A program made the position numbers and the translations under genes. Under the pieces are notes generated by a model. That model saw only the letters and a program-made list of their open reading frames with translations. It ran no database searches and was not told the origin of the DNA. DNA of 64,000 bases from Polyangiaceae bacterium (lineage in GTDB: Bacteria > Myxococcota_A > Polyangia > Polyangiales > Polyangiaceae). Position 1 is the stretch's first letter. Each line of letters opens with the position of its first letter. The stretch spans positions 192,001 through 256,000 of the forward strand of contig CBDCTZ010000008.1 in assembly GCA_965222375.1 (NCBI GenBank), written 5' to 3'. Below, piece by piece: positions 62,868-64,000 of the stretch.

Positions 62868-63410
62868 ATGGAGCTGAGCCCCTTCACGATGCTCACGCTG
62901 TTCATTCGCGGTCAGATGGTGTTCATGCTGCCCGCGCTCGTGGTGCTCGTGATCGTACGCCGCAAGTTTGGCGGCTGGGACATCAAGGACTGGGTCGTCG
63001 CGGGTGCCGTTGCCATCACCATCGTGGTGGACTTCATGGCCACCGCGGACCTGGAAGCGCACTATCTGGAACAGATCGGCACCAAGACCACTGGCACCAT
63101 CACCCGCAAGTGGTACGTCGACGGCGAAAACTCCACGACCTTCAAAGTGAACGTGCAGTTCAAAGGCTACGAGGACGACTACGAGGTCAACGAAGGCTAC
63201 TGGGACACGCTCAAGCCGCCCGTTGCCACACCGGTGTTCTACGATCCCGAGTACCCCACGGATTTCGTGCCCGAGTTCCGCCGCGCCGCCGCCCATCCAG
63301 CAGAGGTCGTGGGCGGCCTTCTGGTCGTGGCGGTCATCCTGGAACTCGCCATTTTTGGCTGGGTCCTGCTGCGTATCGTCGAGCGTTTCCGGCGCAAGGC
63401 GCCCGAGTAG
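62868..63410 (+). CDS. Hypothetical membrane protein (DUF3592-like)
   Basis: TM-TM-beta domain (TTGTITRK...VFYDPEYP)-TM. Confidence 0.68.
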   Translation: MELSPFTMLTLFIRGQMVFMLPALVVLVIVRRKFGGWDIKDWVVAGAVAITIVVDFMATADLEAHYLEQIGTKTTGTITRKWYVDGENSTTFKVNVQFKGYEDDYEVNEGYWDTLKPPVATPVFYDPEYPTDFVPEFRRAAAHPAEVVGGLLVVAVILELAIFGWVLLRIVERFRRKAPE

Positions 63411-63531
63411 CCAGCCGCGGCGGCCCCGGACTGCGGCCCAGCGCGCCGCGCAAACGCTGCGCAGGCCAGCCGGCGCGACCCACCCTTTGTCCTGGCCAAG
63501 ATCGGGCTTTCGCACTAAACCCCTTCCCCCT

Positions 63532-63605
63532 CGGGGTGTACCTCAACCTGGTAGAGGGCCGGCTTTGGGTGCCGGACGTTGAGAGTTCAAATCTCTCCAC
63601 CCCGA
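63532..63605 (+). tRNA. tRNA-Pro(UGG), no encoded CCA
   Basis: Acceptor CGGGGTG/CACCCCG plus A73; D-stem CCTC/GAGG; anticodon arm CCGGC-TTTGGGT-GCCGG; T-arm GAGAG-TTCAAAT-CTCTC. Confidence 0.93.
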
Positions 63606-64000
63606 CTGGTTTTTCCACTTCGCCTTGCCCCGTTTGGACACAGCTCCTGTCCGAACGCCAACGCGGAGCTTTGGCAACGCCGCCTCAGGGAGGGCCCGAA
63701 TCCTGCCACCGCTCTGGAGATAGCGCTGGTGCGCCTCCAGTGAGGCGTGCCCTGCCAGAGCTGTGGCTTGCTGGACATTGACGTCTGCGTCAGCCAGGGC
63801 CTGCGAGTAGGCCCGGCGCCAGCTGTGAAAGTCCACGGGCAAAGTGAAGTCGGTTTCGACGAACAGCTCCCGTTCCCGCGGCGTCATTTCGCGCTTCTGC
63901 TTCCAAGCCATCCGAACCAACTTGCGGCGGTTAGACCTGATGGTTTCGCGCTTCTCTAGCCCGTCGACCCCGAAGGCGCGCCGCAGGTCACGACGGAACG
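63543..64000 (-). mobile_element. Tyrosine recombinase/integrase C-terminus (5' part outside window); edge of an integrative element at tRNA-Pro
   Basis: FHSWRR (HxxR), LAGH, QRY catalytic motifs; frame open to the window end; converges on and overlaps the tRNA. Confidence 0.88.

Overview
GC-rich bacterial chromosome segment. Gene content (Cys-rich lipoproteins, DUF1552/DUF1588 pair, ferritin-like lipoprotein, DUF4398-OmpA pair, a Myxococcus-type LexA-box-like motif) points to Myxococcota, probably Polyangiaceae-like; this is inference. Mostly core genome: pheA-hisC-aroA-cmk-rpsA, smc, a split imuA-imuB / dnaE2 SOS mutagenesis cassette, larE, rpsO-pnp, lptA-lptB-rpoN-hpf-ptsN-hprK-rapZ-HPr-EI, an enoyl-ACP-reductase-like SDR, an ECF sigma factor, guaA, and tRNA-Pro(UGG) with a converging tyrosine integrase at the right edge. 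Best candidates for undescribed biology: (1) a coupled operon of Cys-rich 5'-nucleotidase, OB-fold lipoprotein and probable outer-membrane barrel (possible extracellular nucleic-acid salvage system); (2) an integrase whose C-terminus is encoded antisense through the tRNA/att site; (3) a PheA lacking most catalytic residues; (4) a TPR-like dynamin-family GTPase plus a GT-C-like protein where kdsD/kdsC/lptC usually precede lptAB; (5) three divergent paralogous envelope proteins embedded in the aroA-cmk operon; (6) a structured convergent intergenic region at 53.7-54.0 kb; (7) a complete sigma54 enhancer promoter in front of an ECF sigma gene. All calls come from reading motifs by eye; no searches were run.
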